Assembly: GCA_963701075.1 (NCBI GenBank)
Contig: OY969559.1
Coordinates: 1,024,001-1,088,000 of the forward strand
Reading direction: 5' to 3'
DNA: 64,000 bases
Source of the DNA: an uncultured Nitrososphaerota archaeon
GTDB taxonomy: Archaea; Thermoproteota; Nitrososphaeria; Nitrososphaerales; Nitrosopumilaceae
A model generated the notes under the pieces. The model worked only from the letters and a program-made list of their open reading frames with translations, made no database searches and was not told the origin of the DNA. This document shows, piece after piece, positions 30,978 through 40,203 of the stretch. The position numbers were made by a program, and so were the translations under genes. Within the stretch, counting starts at the first letter, position 1. Every line of letters begins with the position of its first letter.

Positions 30978-32783
30978 TTGAGCAAGACAAGCCTTTCTCA
31001 GTCCAGGCCTGATAACCTTCCCAGATCCAAAATACAATGGGGTCGTCTAGAGGAAGCTGAAAAATTTGCAGAAATGGTAAAACTCTTCAGGCAAGGCAAG
31101 ATTAGCCGTGATGATCTACGAAGATTTAGGCTCCAACATGGAGCGTATGGTAGCAGAATGACTGATGATTACAGCATGATTCGTGTCAAAATTCCTGCTG
31201 GCGAAGTTTATCCAGAGCAGATTGAAAAAATGGCAGAACTAAGCGAATCATTTTCGATTGGAAGCGCACATGTTTCTACAAGGCAGAATTTCCAGCTTCA
31301 TTGGGTTGCATTGGAAGATGTTTCTGAAGTTATGCGTGGGCTGGCAGAAATTGGATTGACGTCAAGAGAAGCATGCGGTAATTCGGTAAGAAATGTAATG
31401 TGCAGCCCCCTTGCAGGTGTGTGTCCTGACGAAATATTTGATCCGACACCATATGCACTATCAACAGCAAAGTTTCTACTACGAAATTCGATGAATCAAT
31501 CACTTCCAAGAAAATTCAAGATCAATTATACCTGTTGTGAGAAACACGGAATGGCAAGGATAGTGGATATTGGTCTTATTCCGCAAAGAACAGAAATTAA
31601 CGGAAAACTGCAGAATGGATTCAAGGTTTTCTTAGGTGGTGGACTTGGCGCACAATCATTTGTAGGACATCAACTTGAAGAGTTTACGCCAGAAGAAGAT
31701 TTACTCTATACAATAATTGCAGTCATTAGAGTCTATGATAGAATGGGAAACCGTGAAAATATGGCAAGAAATAGAATGAGATATCTTGTTAATGAGCTTG
31801 GATGGGAAAAATTCCAAAATATTGTACTAAAAGAAAGAACAATGGTAAGACTAACCCAATCTGTTGTGATAAAACTTGATCTTGATAATACTCCTGAAGT
31901 ACTGCGTAAAATATCGATTAGTTCAGAAATTCCTTCGCCTCCTCAGGGCTTGTCTAGATGGATCAAAACTAATACCATGAAGCAAAAACAACAAGGTTAC
32001 AGTGCGGCGTTCATTACACTAGAATCAGGTGACATTACATCAAGTCAATTACGTGCTGTTGCTGACATGGCTCGAGAATTTTCTGCAGAGGGACGAATTA
32101 GAACTGGATTTGTTCAAGATGTGGTGTTTAGGTGGGTGAGGGATGAAGATCTTCCAAAACTTTATGCCAAATTGTTAGAGGTTGGCCTTGCAAATCCTGG
32201 TGCGTTGACTATGGCCTCTGTTGTGGGATGTTCTGGTACTACCTCATGTAATCTTGCATTGACTAATTCTCATAGGCTCGCAAAAGAAGTTCAAAGAAAA
32301 TTTCTTGAGCTAAAACTTGATGAAGATGATGACCTGCGAGATTCTACAATTAAGATAAGTGGTTGTCCCAATTCATGTGGCCAACACGAAATAGCAACAA
32401 TTGGATTTTATGGTGGCGGCGGAAGGCTAGGAAAAGACATGTATCCACAGTATACCATGTCGTTGGGTGGAAGAGCAGATGGAAACTCAATGCTAGGACT
32501 GATGACCACCAAGGTTCCTACGAAGAGAGTCATCCCAACAATTTTGAAAATAATTGAGATCTTCAAATCCGAAAAAAGATCTGGCGAAGTTTTGGATTCT
32601 TGGATTCATAGGGTTATTGAGGGTAACGGCGGACCTAAGATTAAATCAATTAGTGATATCAAGGAGTTGTTAAAGCCTGTTGTAGCACCCCCTACAATTG
32701 AGCAAGATCCTGACTTTTACGTCGATTATGGAAACGATGGAAGTTATCATGCAAAAACTGGAAGGGGCGAATGTGCTGCTTGA
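30978..32783 (+). CDS. Ferredoxin-dependent siroheme sulfite (/nitrite) reductase
   Basis: STRQNFQLH, LPRKFK, CSGTTSC and SGCPNSC siroheme/4Fe-4S ligands. Confidence 0.93.
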   Translation: MSKTSLSQSRPDNLPRSKIQWGRLEEAEKFAEMVKLFRQGKISRDDLRRFRLQHGAYGSRMTDDYSMIRVKIPAGEVYPEQIEKMAELSESFSIGSAHVSTRQNFQLHWVALEDVSEVMRGLAEIGLTSREACGNSVRNVMCSPLAGVCPDEIFDPTPYALSTAKFLLRNSMNQSLPRKFKINYTCCEKHGMARIVDIGLIPQRTEINGKLQNGFKVFLGGGLGAQSFVGHQLEEFTPEEDLLYTIIAVIRVYDRMGNRENMARNRMRYLVNELGWEKFQNIVLKERTMVRLTQSVVIKLDLDNTPEVLRKISISSEIPSPPQGLSRWIKTNTMKQKQQGYSAAFITLESGDITSSQLRAVADMAREFSAEGRIRTGFVQDVVFRWVRDEDLPKLYAKLLEVGLANPGALTMASVVGCSGTTSCNLALTNSHRLAKEVQRKFLELKLDEDDDLRDSTIKISGCPNSCGQHEIATIGFYGGGGRLGKDMYPQYTMSLGGRADGNSMLGLMTTKVPTKRVIPTILKIIEIFKSEKRSGEVLDSWIHRVIEGNGGPKIKSISDIKELLKPVVAPPTIEQDPDFYVDYGNDGSYHAKTGRGECAA

Positions 32784-33580
32784 GCAAAGAAAAGATTGCC
32801 CGAATAACGGTTGATGCTGATACCTTACGATCAGAGATTAGAGACAAGAGTGCTAAGGTACTTGACATAAGGAAAGAAGAAGATTACAAACAAGGACATC
32901 TGCCTGGAGCAATTAATTTCCCATTATCAAGTCTTCTCTCTGACGACAGCCCAGAAAAGACTCTTCAATACACGCAATCTTTTGGTATTGATGACGAAAC
33001 ACATGTTGTTGTATATGATGACACATTTGGCGCCTTGGCGTCACGGGTAGCATGGGCTCTTCAGTATATTGGTCATGAAGAAGTTTCCTTATTAGACATT
33101 ACATACGGATCGTGGAAAAAGCTTGGACTTGAAACAAGCCTCGAATCTCCATCTCTTGAAAAGAAAACACATTCTCTAAAGTTACAACCGCAAATTCTTG
33201 CAACTGCTGATTATCTTATGCCTGCCAAGGAGAAGGGAGCTATATTGATGGATAATAGGGAAAGGCTAAACTTTCTTGAACATCATATTCCTGGTGCCGT
33301 TAACATTCCATATCGAATGCTTGCCTCCCCTCAAAATATACTAAGATCAAAAGATGAGTTGAGAAGACTTCTACAGAACAGAAACATATCTTCTAACTCT
33401 GAGGTGGTTACATATTGTGGTAGTGTGGGAACTCTTTCAGGATTGGGATACTATGCATTAAAGTCGATAGGAATTCAAAATGTAAAACTTTACGTTCGTT
33501 CGTTTAAGGAATGGGAATCGTTAGCAAAACCAATTGAAAAACAAAAAGACGCAAATTATTGGGATCTCTCAGCGGAATAA
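32771..33580 (+). CDS. Tandem rhodanese (thiosulfate sulfurtransferase)
   Basis: GHLPGA and HHIPGA repeats, active loop YCGSVG; likely start TTG 32780. Confidence 0.9.
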   Translation: MCCLSKEKIARITVDADTLRSEIRDKSAKVLDIRKEEDYKQGHLPGAINFPLSSLLSDDSPEKTLQYTQSFGIDDETHVVVYDDTFGALASRVAWALQYIGHEEVSLLDITYGSWKKLGLETSLESPSLEKKTHSLKLQPQILATADYLMPAKEKGAILMDNRERLNFLEHHIPGAVNIPYRMLASPQNILRSKDELRRLLQNRNISSNSEVVTYCGSVGTLSGLGYYALKSIGIQNVKLYVRSFKEWESLAKPIEKQKDANYWDLSAE

Positions 33581-33584
33581 TATT

Positions 33585-34731
33585 CTAGGTATTTTGTGTA
33601 GTCTCGCTTCTTAACTTCTTTGTAGTTTGACTCTCAATGTGATCAAAGAGATCTATCATTTTCTGTTTATTTGCCTGCAAGTATTCATAACCTTTGTCAG
33701 TTAATCTAATCTTGAATAATCTGATGTCCCGATGTTCTTCAAAAAAGTGCTCTATCATCTGTGCACCTCTTTTACTAGGATCAATGAATACGTCCATCTT
33801 TGCAATGACCTCATTAACATCTCCTTTCTCTATTGCAGACTTGACAGCTTGAACTGCCTCGCTAATTTCTTTTAGGTGTTGAATCAATAGTGGATTGATC
33901 TTTTTTGTTGTGCCAAAGAGACCTTTCTTTTCAACGCCTATCTTCAGCTGCCAACTCGGGGGCAATCTCAAACTCTTCCGTCTTAGACAGACCGGCATTT
34001 CTTTCCTCTTTTATCAATAGGCCTTTTTCCACCAATTTTCTTGCTGCGTCTTCTACCTCTGCCTTGCCTAGCATGGTTGTCCAAACTATCTGGCCCACCT
34101 TGTGATATCCCTGTCTTACTGATTCTAATACTACGACCTCAACAATTCTTCTATATCCGTCATCTGCTTTGATATTCTCAAAGTCTTTGTCCCTTACTGC
34201 CTTCTTTGCATTTTTAACATCTATTTCGATTGAACGCTTCAAAGCCTCAATGCCCTCCGGAACATGATTCAAAAGAGAATAATAGCATGCCTTGTTGTAC
34301 CAAGACATACCGTCAGTGGGATTGGTATCAATTGCCTTTTCTACACATTCAAGAGCTTTTTCATAATTTTTCTGTCTATAGTAGATGAGACCTTTTAGGT
34401 TCCAAGCGTCTGAATTTGTAACATCAATCTCGTGAACCTTGTTGTAATCTCCCATGGATCCGGCCAAGTCACCCATGTGAAATCGGGCATAGCCTAACTT
34501 CAGAAGGGAATCGACATGTCCTGGGTCAATCTGTAGTGCTCCTTCAAAGGCTCGCACTGCCTCTTCCATCTTTTCATCGGCCATGCAAGAAATTCCCTTC
34601 TTGTACAGTTTATCTCTAGTATAGTTAGGATCTGTTATCTTTGATTCCTTGGATATCTCTACTGACGTTTCAGGTTTTATCTCTCTAGTGCTTTCAGGTG
34701 ACTCTGAACTCCCCTTGAATAATTTTTTCAC
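33585..34731 (-). CDS. TPR-repeat protein with winged-helix-like and helical C-terminal parts, split by a +1 frameshift at ~33945
   Basis: TPR repeats (AWNLKG, SWYNKAC); deleting one base joins ...PELAA to KIGVEKKGLFG... (381 aa). Confidence 0.82.
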
Positions 34732-34859
34732 GACTGGTCAAATATGGATTTTCCGTAGATAAATACTATTCCGGATGTCTAAAAAGTAAATTTTATTGGC
34801 AAAGCAGACTTTATAACGCTTGGATAAATACAAAAATACTCAGGTATTACACCTAGGAT

Positions 34860-36272
34860 ATGTCAGCCAGAGAAAGGATCATAGAAATAACTGGCGAATC
34901 GCCATTTAAGCTCTCATCGGGCGTCTTTGAGGTGCAAATTTCTATTTGTGATTATCCTCCTTCTCAAGAAGACATAAAACGAAGGAACTTTCCGGTTATC
35001 TGGAAAGATAATTTTCACCTAAGGGTAAAAGATGCAAAATTCACTCAGACCCTGGGCTCTTCAAAAAACCCCATTCCTGATTTTGTGTTTGCAAGAGACT
35101 CAGTTTGGGTCATAATTCTTGATCAGTTTTCCTCAATTAATTCTGCTTTTCAAGTTGACGTGCCAAAGATTCCAGGTGAAGTTCCACCAACTCCTAGTCC
35201 TAGAGATGAATCGTCGTCAAAGGGCCACAAACCATCTCCAGAATATTATTACCCTACATCCGGTACTCAGGGCAGCCGTGGTCCTCCAGGTCAACCGGGA
35301 GTTCAGGGTCCATCAGGACCGCCAGGTCCTCAGGGCCCACCTGGACAGCAAGGGATTCCAGGTTCTCAAGGTGACAAGGGATCTCCAGGCCAGCAAGGTC
35401 CTCCCGGAGATAAAGGCCCACAAGGTCCTCCCGGAGATAAAGGCGATAAGGGAGACAAAGGTCCATCTGGCGATAAAGGCATAACGGGAGACAAAGGTCC
35501 ATCTGGTGATAAAGGTCCAAGAGGAGACAAGGGAGAAATTGGTGACAAGGGAGACAAGGGTGACAAGGGAGACAAAGGGGAAAAAGGCCTTACAGGAGAA
35601 TCAGGTCCTATAGGCGATAAGGGTACAACAGGTCCTCCAGGGCCACTAGGAGATAAAGGAATTCTTGGTCCTCCAGGTGATAAAGGACCAAAAGGTCCTC
35701 CGGGTCCACTTGGCGACAAAGGTCCACTGGGTCCACAAGGTCCACTTGGCGACAAAGGTCTTACAGGTCCACAAGGTCCACTTGGCGACAAAGGTCCACA
35801 AGGCCCACAAGGTCCTCCTGGAGAAAAAGGTCTAACAGGTATTCCAGGCCCTCAAGGTGAAAAAGGACCTAGAGGTTTACCGGGTTCGCCTGGTGAACAA
35901 GGTCCAAGGGGACCGCCAGGCCCACAAGGTCCACCAGGCCCGCAAGGAATTCAAGGTCCTCAAGGTGATAAGGGTCCACTGGGTCCACAAGGTCAATCTG
36001 GAGATAAAGGCCCGCAAGGAGTTCAAGGTCCTCAAGGTGATAAAGGAGTTACTGGTCCTCCAGGTATGTCTGGCGATAAAGGTCCACAAGGCACACAAGG
36101 TACGATGGGAGATGTAGGTCCCCGTGGACCTCCAGGCCCTCCCGGTCCACCCGGCCAGCCAGGATTTTCAGAACAACAAAAGCAAATAATCACTCAACTT
36201 CTTGAAATATTATCTTCCAAGAATCTGATCACAACAGAACAACAGATCAAATTGCTGAGTTTTCTCTATTAG
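34860..36272 (+). CDS. Collagen-like protein (N-terminal beta domain, 101 Gly-X-Y triplets, short C-terminal helix)
   Basis: Translation shows uninterrupted GXY from aa 135 to 437. Confidence 0.93.
   Translation: MSARERIIEITGESPFKLSSGVFEVQISICDYPPSQEDIKRRNFPVIWKDNFHLRVKDAKFTQTLGSSKNPIPDFVFARDSVWVIILDQFSSINSAFQVDVPKIPGEVPPTPSPRDESSSKGHKPSPEYYYPTSGTQGSRGPPGQPGVQGPSGPPGPQGPPGQQGIPGSQGDKGSPGQQGPPGDKGPQGPPGDKGDKGDKGPSGDKGITGDKGPSGDKGPRGDKGEIGDKGDKGDKGDKGEKGLTGESGPIGDKGTTGPPGPLGDKGILGPPGDKGPKGPPGPLGDKGPLGPQGPLGDKGLTGPQGPLGDKGPQGPQGPPGEKGLTGIPGPQGEKGPRGLPGSPGEQGPRGPPGPQGPPGPQGIQGPQGDKGPLGPQGQSGDKGPQGVQGPQGDKGVTGPPGMSGDKGPQGTQGTMGDVGPRGPPGPPGPPGQPGFSEQQKQIITQLLEILSSKNLITTEQQIKLLSFLY
35262..36170 (+). 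repeat. Collagen triple-helix coding repeat (GDK/GPQ/GPP-rich)
   Basis: 9-nt periodicity; recurrent ggtccacaaggtccacttggcgacaaa units. Confidence 0.93.
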
Positions 36273-36556
36273 CATATCTTTGCACAATCCGTATATGACA
36301 TGTACATGAAATGCTCTAAAAGACAAAGTTGAACTTAAAATGCTAATGTAAAAAATTCAGTAATCTACTCTATACATGCAATAATGCTATGGAGATGAAT
36401 TTGATTTGTATTGATGTGAATTAAGGGAATAATTTGATACTCAATTGTATTGTGAGATTGTAAATCTTAATGCTTCAAAATGGAGAGTCCTTCTTAGCTT
36501 GAATCTATATTCATTATATGTCATGCTGTCTAAGAAAGATGGTTAGCTAAAATATT

Positions 36557-36588
36557 AAAATTATCGCCTGATGTCAAGCGATAATTTT
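36557..36588 (-). terminator. Hairpin with flanking T-run, probable terminator of the basic-protein gene
   Basis: AAAATTATCGC (36557-36567) / GCGATAATTTT (36578-36588) perfect 11-bp inverted repeat, 6 nt after the corrected stop. Confidence 0.55.
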
Positions 36589-36594
36589 TTGATT

Positions 36595-36749
36595 TTATCT
36601 TCTGCGTTTCTTTGCAGATTTTCTTTTAGCTGTTCTTTTAGCTTTTTTACCCGCTGTTCTTTTACTGCTGATCTTCTCTTCGGAGCAGATTTTCTTTTTG
36701 GAGCTGATCTTCTTTTGGCAGCTTTTTTAGCGCGTCTTTTCATTGCCAT
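36595..36749 (-). CDS. Protamine/histone-H1-like K/R/A/S-rich basic protein (one A missing in a homopolymer at ~36660)
   Basis: Adding one A gives MAMKRRAKKAAKRRSAPKRKSAPKRRSAVKRTAGKKAKRTAKRKSAKKRRR* (51 aa). Confidence 0.75.
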
Positions 36750-36862
36750 TGATAAGTTTTACATTTAACTTGTTTTTCTATAGTTACGCTTAAGAAAATT
36801 ACACCAAATGATGATATTCTATAAACAAATTTTTCATAAAATTCTAAAATTTTGATCGCATT

Positions 36863-37048
36863 TTAGTAAACCGACTCAGCTGATGGTCGTCTTCCTTGTA
36901 ACCATGAGATCTGTCCACATTGTGCGCATTTGTATTGGCGCCTTCTTTTGTAAGTTGGAATCTCTGGCATGAAAATTATCTCTTGTTTTGTTTTCGAAAT
37001 GCATTTCTTACACCATCTGTATTCTGTTTCTTTTTCCATGAATCGCAA
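36863..37048 (-). CDS. Small zinc-ribbon protein
   Basis: CKKC...CAQCG. Confidence 0.75.
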   Translation of the reverse strand: MRFMEKETEYRWCKKCISKTKQEIIFMPEIPTYKRRRQYKCAQCGQISWLQGRRPSAESVY

Positions 37049-37073
37049 GACTTGTCTGTTAAATTAGTTGTTG

Positions 37074-38174
37074 CTATTTGCTTTTTACTATAGTGAGCAC
37101 GTCTTCATCTTCTAATATGTGACTCAAACCAGCTCTTTGTCCTCCAAACTTGACGCTCTTGCCCCACACTAGCGCATATCTAAAGTCTTTTTTCAAATCT
37201 CTGTGTAATTTGTTACACACGTCTAAAACAGTTGAACTGCGCCTAACAATAAGCGGTTCTTTGTAATCCGTCTCGCCGCCTTTTGGTCTCATGTAAATTC
37301 TGATAAAATCCAGATATTCGTAAATTGCATCTCTGAGTGCAGCTATGTTAACGTCAGCATCAGCTGATATGGGGATGATTTTTGATTTTACTTTTTCTTG
37401 TAATTCGTTTAGGAATCCTTGGTTTACCAAGTCTATTTTGTTCATCACGGTTAAAGATTCGACATAAAACTTGTTACCTGATACATAATCAATTAATTGT
37501 TCAGAATCGATATCCTCTCTTATCAAAACACGCGCATTATTTATCCCGTATACTCGCAAAATGTCTTTGAGTAAGTTTACTGGCATCTTCGTCATTGGAA
37601 CCTGCTGGCTTACTGCTAATCCTCCATCACCTGTTTTTTCTATGACTATGTTGGGAGGTTTTTGATCTAACCTGATTCCTATGTTTCCAAGCTCAGTTCT
37701 AATTACTTCCTCATGATAGGGCTGAAATACGTCTAATATGATTAGCACCAAATCTGCACTCTTTGCCACTGAAAGAACTCTTTTACCAAGTCCCTTACCT
37801 GTAGATGCTCCTTTGATTATCCCTGGCAAGTCAAGAACTTGAATCTTGGCGCCGCGGTATTCCATCATACCTGGAACTACTGTTGTAGTTGTAAATTGAA
37901 ATGCACCAACAGCTGACTTTGCACCGGTAAGCCTGTTAAGTAAAGTAGATTTTCCAACACTTGGAAGTCCGATGAACACAACCGTTGCATCTCCTGTTCT
38001 TTTTACATCAAAACCGATTGAACTGCCTGAGCCTTTTGATTTTCTTTCCTCTTCTTCTCTTTTTAATTTGGCAAGCTTTGCCTTTAGCAGACCTACATGG
38101 TGTTCAGTAGCCTTGTTGATCTGAGTTTTGGCCATCTCGTCTTTTATGGCCTGAATCTTCTCTGGTACTCCCAT
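37074..38174 (-). CDS. DRG/RBG-family GTPase with TGS domain
   Basis: TQINKATEHH, GLPSVGKST, DLPGII, NKID, C-terminal TGS. Confidence 0.95.
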   Translation of the reverse strand: MGVPEKIQAIKDEMAKTQINKATEHHVGLLKAKLAKLKREEEERKSKGSGSSIGFDVKRTGDATVVFIGLPSVGKSTLLNRLTGAKSAVGAFQFTTTTVVPGMMEYRGAKIQVLDLPGIIKGASTGKGLGKRVLSVAKSADLVLIILDVFQPYHEEVIRTELGNIGIRLDQKPPNIVIEKTGDGGLAVSQQVPMTKMPVNLLKDILRVYGINNARVLIREDIDSEQLIDYVSGNKFYVESLTVMNKIDLVNQGFLNELQEKVKSKIIPISADADVNIAALRDAIYEYLDFIRIYMRPKGGETDYKEPLIVRRSSTVLDVCNKLHRDLKKDFRYALVWGKSVKFGGQRAGLSHILEDEDVLTIVKSK

Positions 38175-38239
38175 CTATCTTACTTGACTTTCATACTGAA
38201 TAAAATCTTTCTAATTAGATTTGACTCGATGTTTTCTAG

Positions 38240-38758
38240 TTAAAGTTTGAACGAATTAAAATAATGAACAAACATGTTTCCAAAATAAACTGAAGCAAAC
38301 GCACTAGTTGTCCTTGCTATGCTCATAGTTATGAGAAATTTCTTGAAATTGTATCTTTTTACTCCTGCTATTATTGTGACAATTTCTGTTAATATGGGTA
38401 CTAAACTTAAAGCAAAGATTATACTCCAACCATGTTTGTTTAACCGTTCAAAGCTCTTCTTATAATGCTCTTCACTATGGGTTTTTCTCAGTAATTTGTA
38501 CATCTTTTTCCCATCATACCCTATGAAATAAGTTATAATGCCTCCGCCGACAGAACCAACTGCCATAATGACAAACACAGTGACAGCGCTTTGACCGTTT
38601 AGAAGTAATGCGGTTGATGTTATTACTATTGGAAATGGAATAATTGAAGCAAAAATACAGTTTAGAAAAAGACCAACTAATCCATATTTTACAAAGAACG
38701 GATTCTCAAGTATTGGTTTTAAAAAATCAATTAGCACAATCCTAGGTGATTTTCTCAC
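38240..38758 (-). CDS. VTT/DedA (YqaA-like) membrane protein
   Basis: Hydrophobic; GSVGGGIITYFIG, IIAGVKRYNFKKFL. Confidence 0.8.
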   Translation of the reverse strand: MRKSPRIVLIDFLKPILENPFFVKYGLVGLFLNCIFASIIPFPIVITSTALLLNGQSAVTVFVIMAVGSVGGGIITYFIGYDGKKMYKLLRKTHSEEHYKKSFERLNKHGWSIIFALSLVPILTEIVTIIAGVKRYNFKKFLITMSIARTTSAFASVYFGNMFVHYFNSFKL

Positions 38759-38775
38759 ATATTATAACTGAATGC

Positions 38776-39024
38776 TCAAAAACATTCCGAGTGCTTGGGG
38801 TCTTTTTTATTATTTGATTTATGGTATAATATCTTGTCTCCTTTCTTTATGTAAAAAATCCTTGTAGCAGGTATCGTCTCAAAGTTCTCAGAAATCTTGA
38901 GAAATTCTGTTAACGTAGATTCCTTAATTATGTTAAAGTCAAGATAGCCGACAAAATAGAGGTCTGGGTTGTCATAATGTAGTGCTTTGCTGAAAATTTC
39001 AGCCACTGATCCTTTTCTGGTCAC
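38776..39024 (-). CDS. DUF504/MJ1316-like protein
   Basis: VGYLD...IPATRIFYIKKGDKILY. Confidence 0.75.
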   Translation of the reverse strand: MTRKGSVAEIFSKALHYDNPDLYFVGYLDFNIIKESTLTEFLKISENFETIPATRIFYIKKGDKILYHKSNNKKDPKHSECF

Positions 39025-39112
39025 AAATTAGCAACCAGATGTGAATATTTTAGCTAACCTCATCAAAATCTATCTTTACACAGAAGTGCATAATTTTAAA
39101 TTCTAACAATAA

Positions 39113-39430
39113 ATGATTCAAATCATGACTAATAAAATCACGCTAAATATAGACAAACCGATCTACAATGAAGGTGAATATATGAAATTAAAAGTAGATT
39201 ACGAGACACTTAATCCTAAACAGACAATCCATGTGACAGTTTTAGATCCGTCTGAGAAGGAAGTTTTTAGTGCAGATCAGTACATTAATTCTCAAAAGGG
39301 AACTTATTCTACTGTGCTAAAGTTTGATACAAAACAATGGAGAATTTCTGGCAGATACAAAGTTGCGGCGTGGGATCAGGAAGGAACGAGAAAAGAAGTG
39401 TTTTTCCAATTCAAGGGAAAGACTTCATGA
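39113..39430 (+). CDS. Hypothetical Ig-like beta-sandwich protein
   Basis: DKPIYNEGE...VLDP...GRYKV pattern. Confidence 0.65.
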   Translation: MIQIMTNKITLNIDKPIYNEGEYMKLKVDYETLNPKQTIHVTVLDPSEKEVFSADQYINSQKGTYSTVLKFDTKQWRISGRYKVAAWDQEGTRKEVFFQFKGKTS

Positions 39431-39503
39431 TACTTTGCAGATAACACGATAGAATGGATTGTCTATTACAGTTATTATGCCCGGGACTCATTATGTGATT
39501 TGA

Positions 39504-40199
39504 TTGAAACCCAAGATATATGCAGTGGACATAGACGGCACCATTACAGATAACAAAGGGGGACGGGTTGATCTTGACGCACTTGCAGCCCTGCGTTATT
39601 TAGTAAAACTTGGCCATAAAGTAATTTACGTGACAGGAAGATCATCAATTGAAGCCTATGTCCTGTCAGTATTTGGCGGTACAACAAGGATAGCAGTAGG
39701 AGAGAATGGTGGAATTATTACCTCTGGACCAGATGAACACAGGTTGATTGGAAACAAACAGGAATGCTTGAAGGCATTCCAATTCATTAAAACCCAGATT
39801 CCTGAGGCAGTTGAAAAACCTGTTTTTCCGCGTATTACTGAAGTGGTTCTTGAAAGAAATTTTGATGTCAATCTGGGAAAAAAGATTCTAACTGAAAATA
39901 ATTTTAACGTGCAGTTATCTGATAGCATGTATGCTTACCATATCAACTCAAAAGGGGTTAACAAGGCAAATGGATTCCTTGAGGTTATGAAGATGTTCTC
40001 AGCTACCAAGCAAGATATTATTGCAATAGGTGACAGCGAAACAGACGTGCCTCTTTTTGGACTAGCTGACGTAAGCGTGGCATTGGGAAATGCTACTGAT
40101 GATGTAAAATCTCATGCCACAATTACAGTTCAGGGTCATGCAGGAGACGGAATAATAGAAGCGCTTGAAAAGATTGAACTAAAACTTTTAGTGAAATGA
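39504..40199 (+). CDS. Phosphoglycolate phosphatase (HAD IIB)
   Basis: DIDGTIT, TGR, ENGG, NKANG, GDSETD. Confidence 0.88.
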   Translation: MKPKIYAVDIDGTITDNKGGRVDLDALAALRYLVKLGHKVIYVTGRSSIEAYVLSVFGGTTRIAVGENGGIITSGPDEHRLIGNKQECLKAFQFIKTQIPEAVEKPVFPRITEVVLERNFDVNLGKKILTENNFNVQLSDSMYAYHINSKGVNKANGFLEVMKMFSATKQDIIAIGDSETDVPLFGLADVSVALGNATDDVKSHATITVQGHAGDGIIEALEKIELKLLVK

Positions 40200-40203
40200 T
40201 ATC

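Noticed and set aside
35254-36117. Antisense and alternative-frame ORFs in the collagen region (e.g. the SPLSP repeat ORF)
   Set aside because: They are shadows of the Gly-X-Y codon periodicity
35262-36170. Possible CRISPR array or non-coding tandem repeat
   Set aside because: The repeats are 9-nt in-frame coding units without unique spacers, and there are no cas genes
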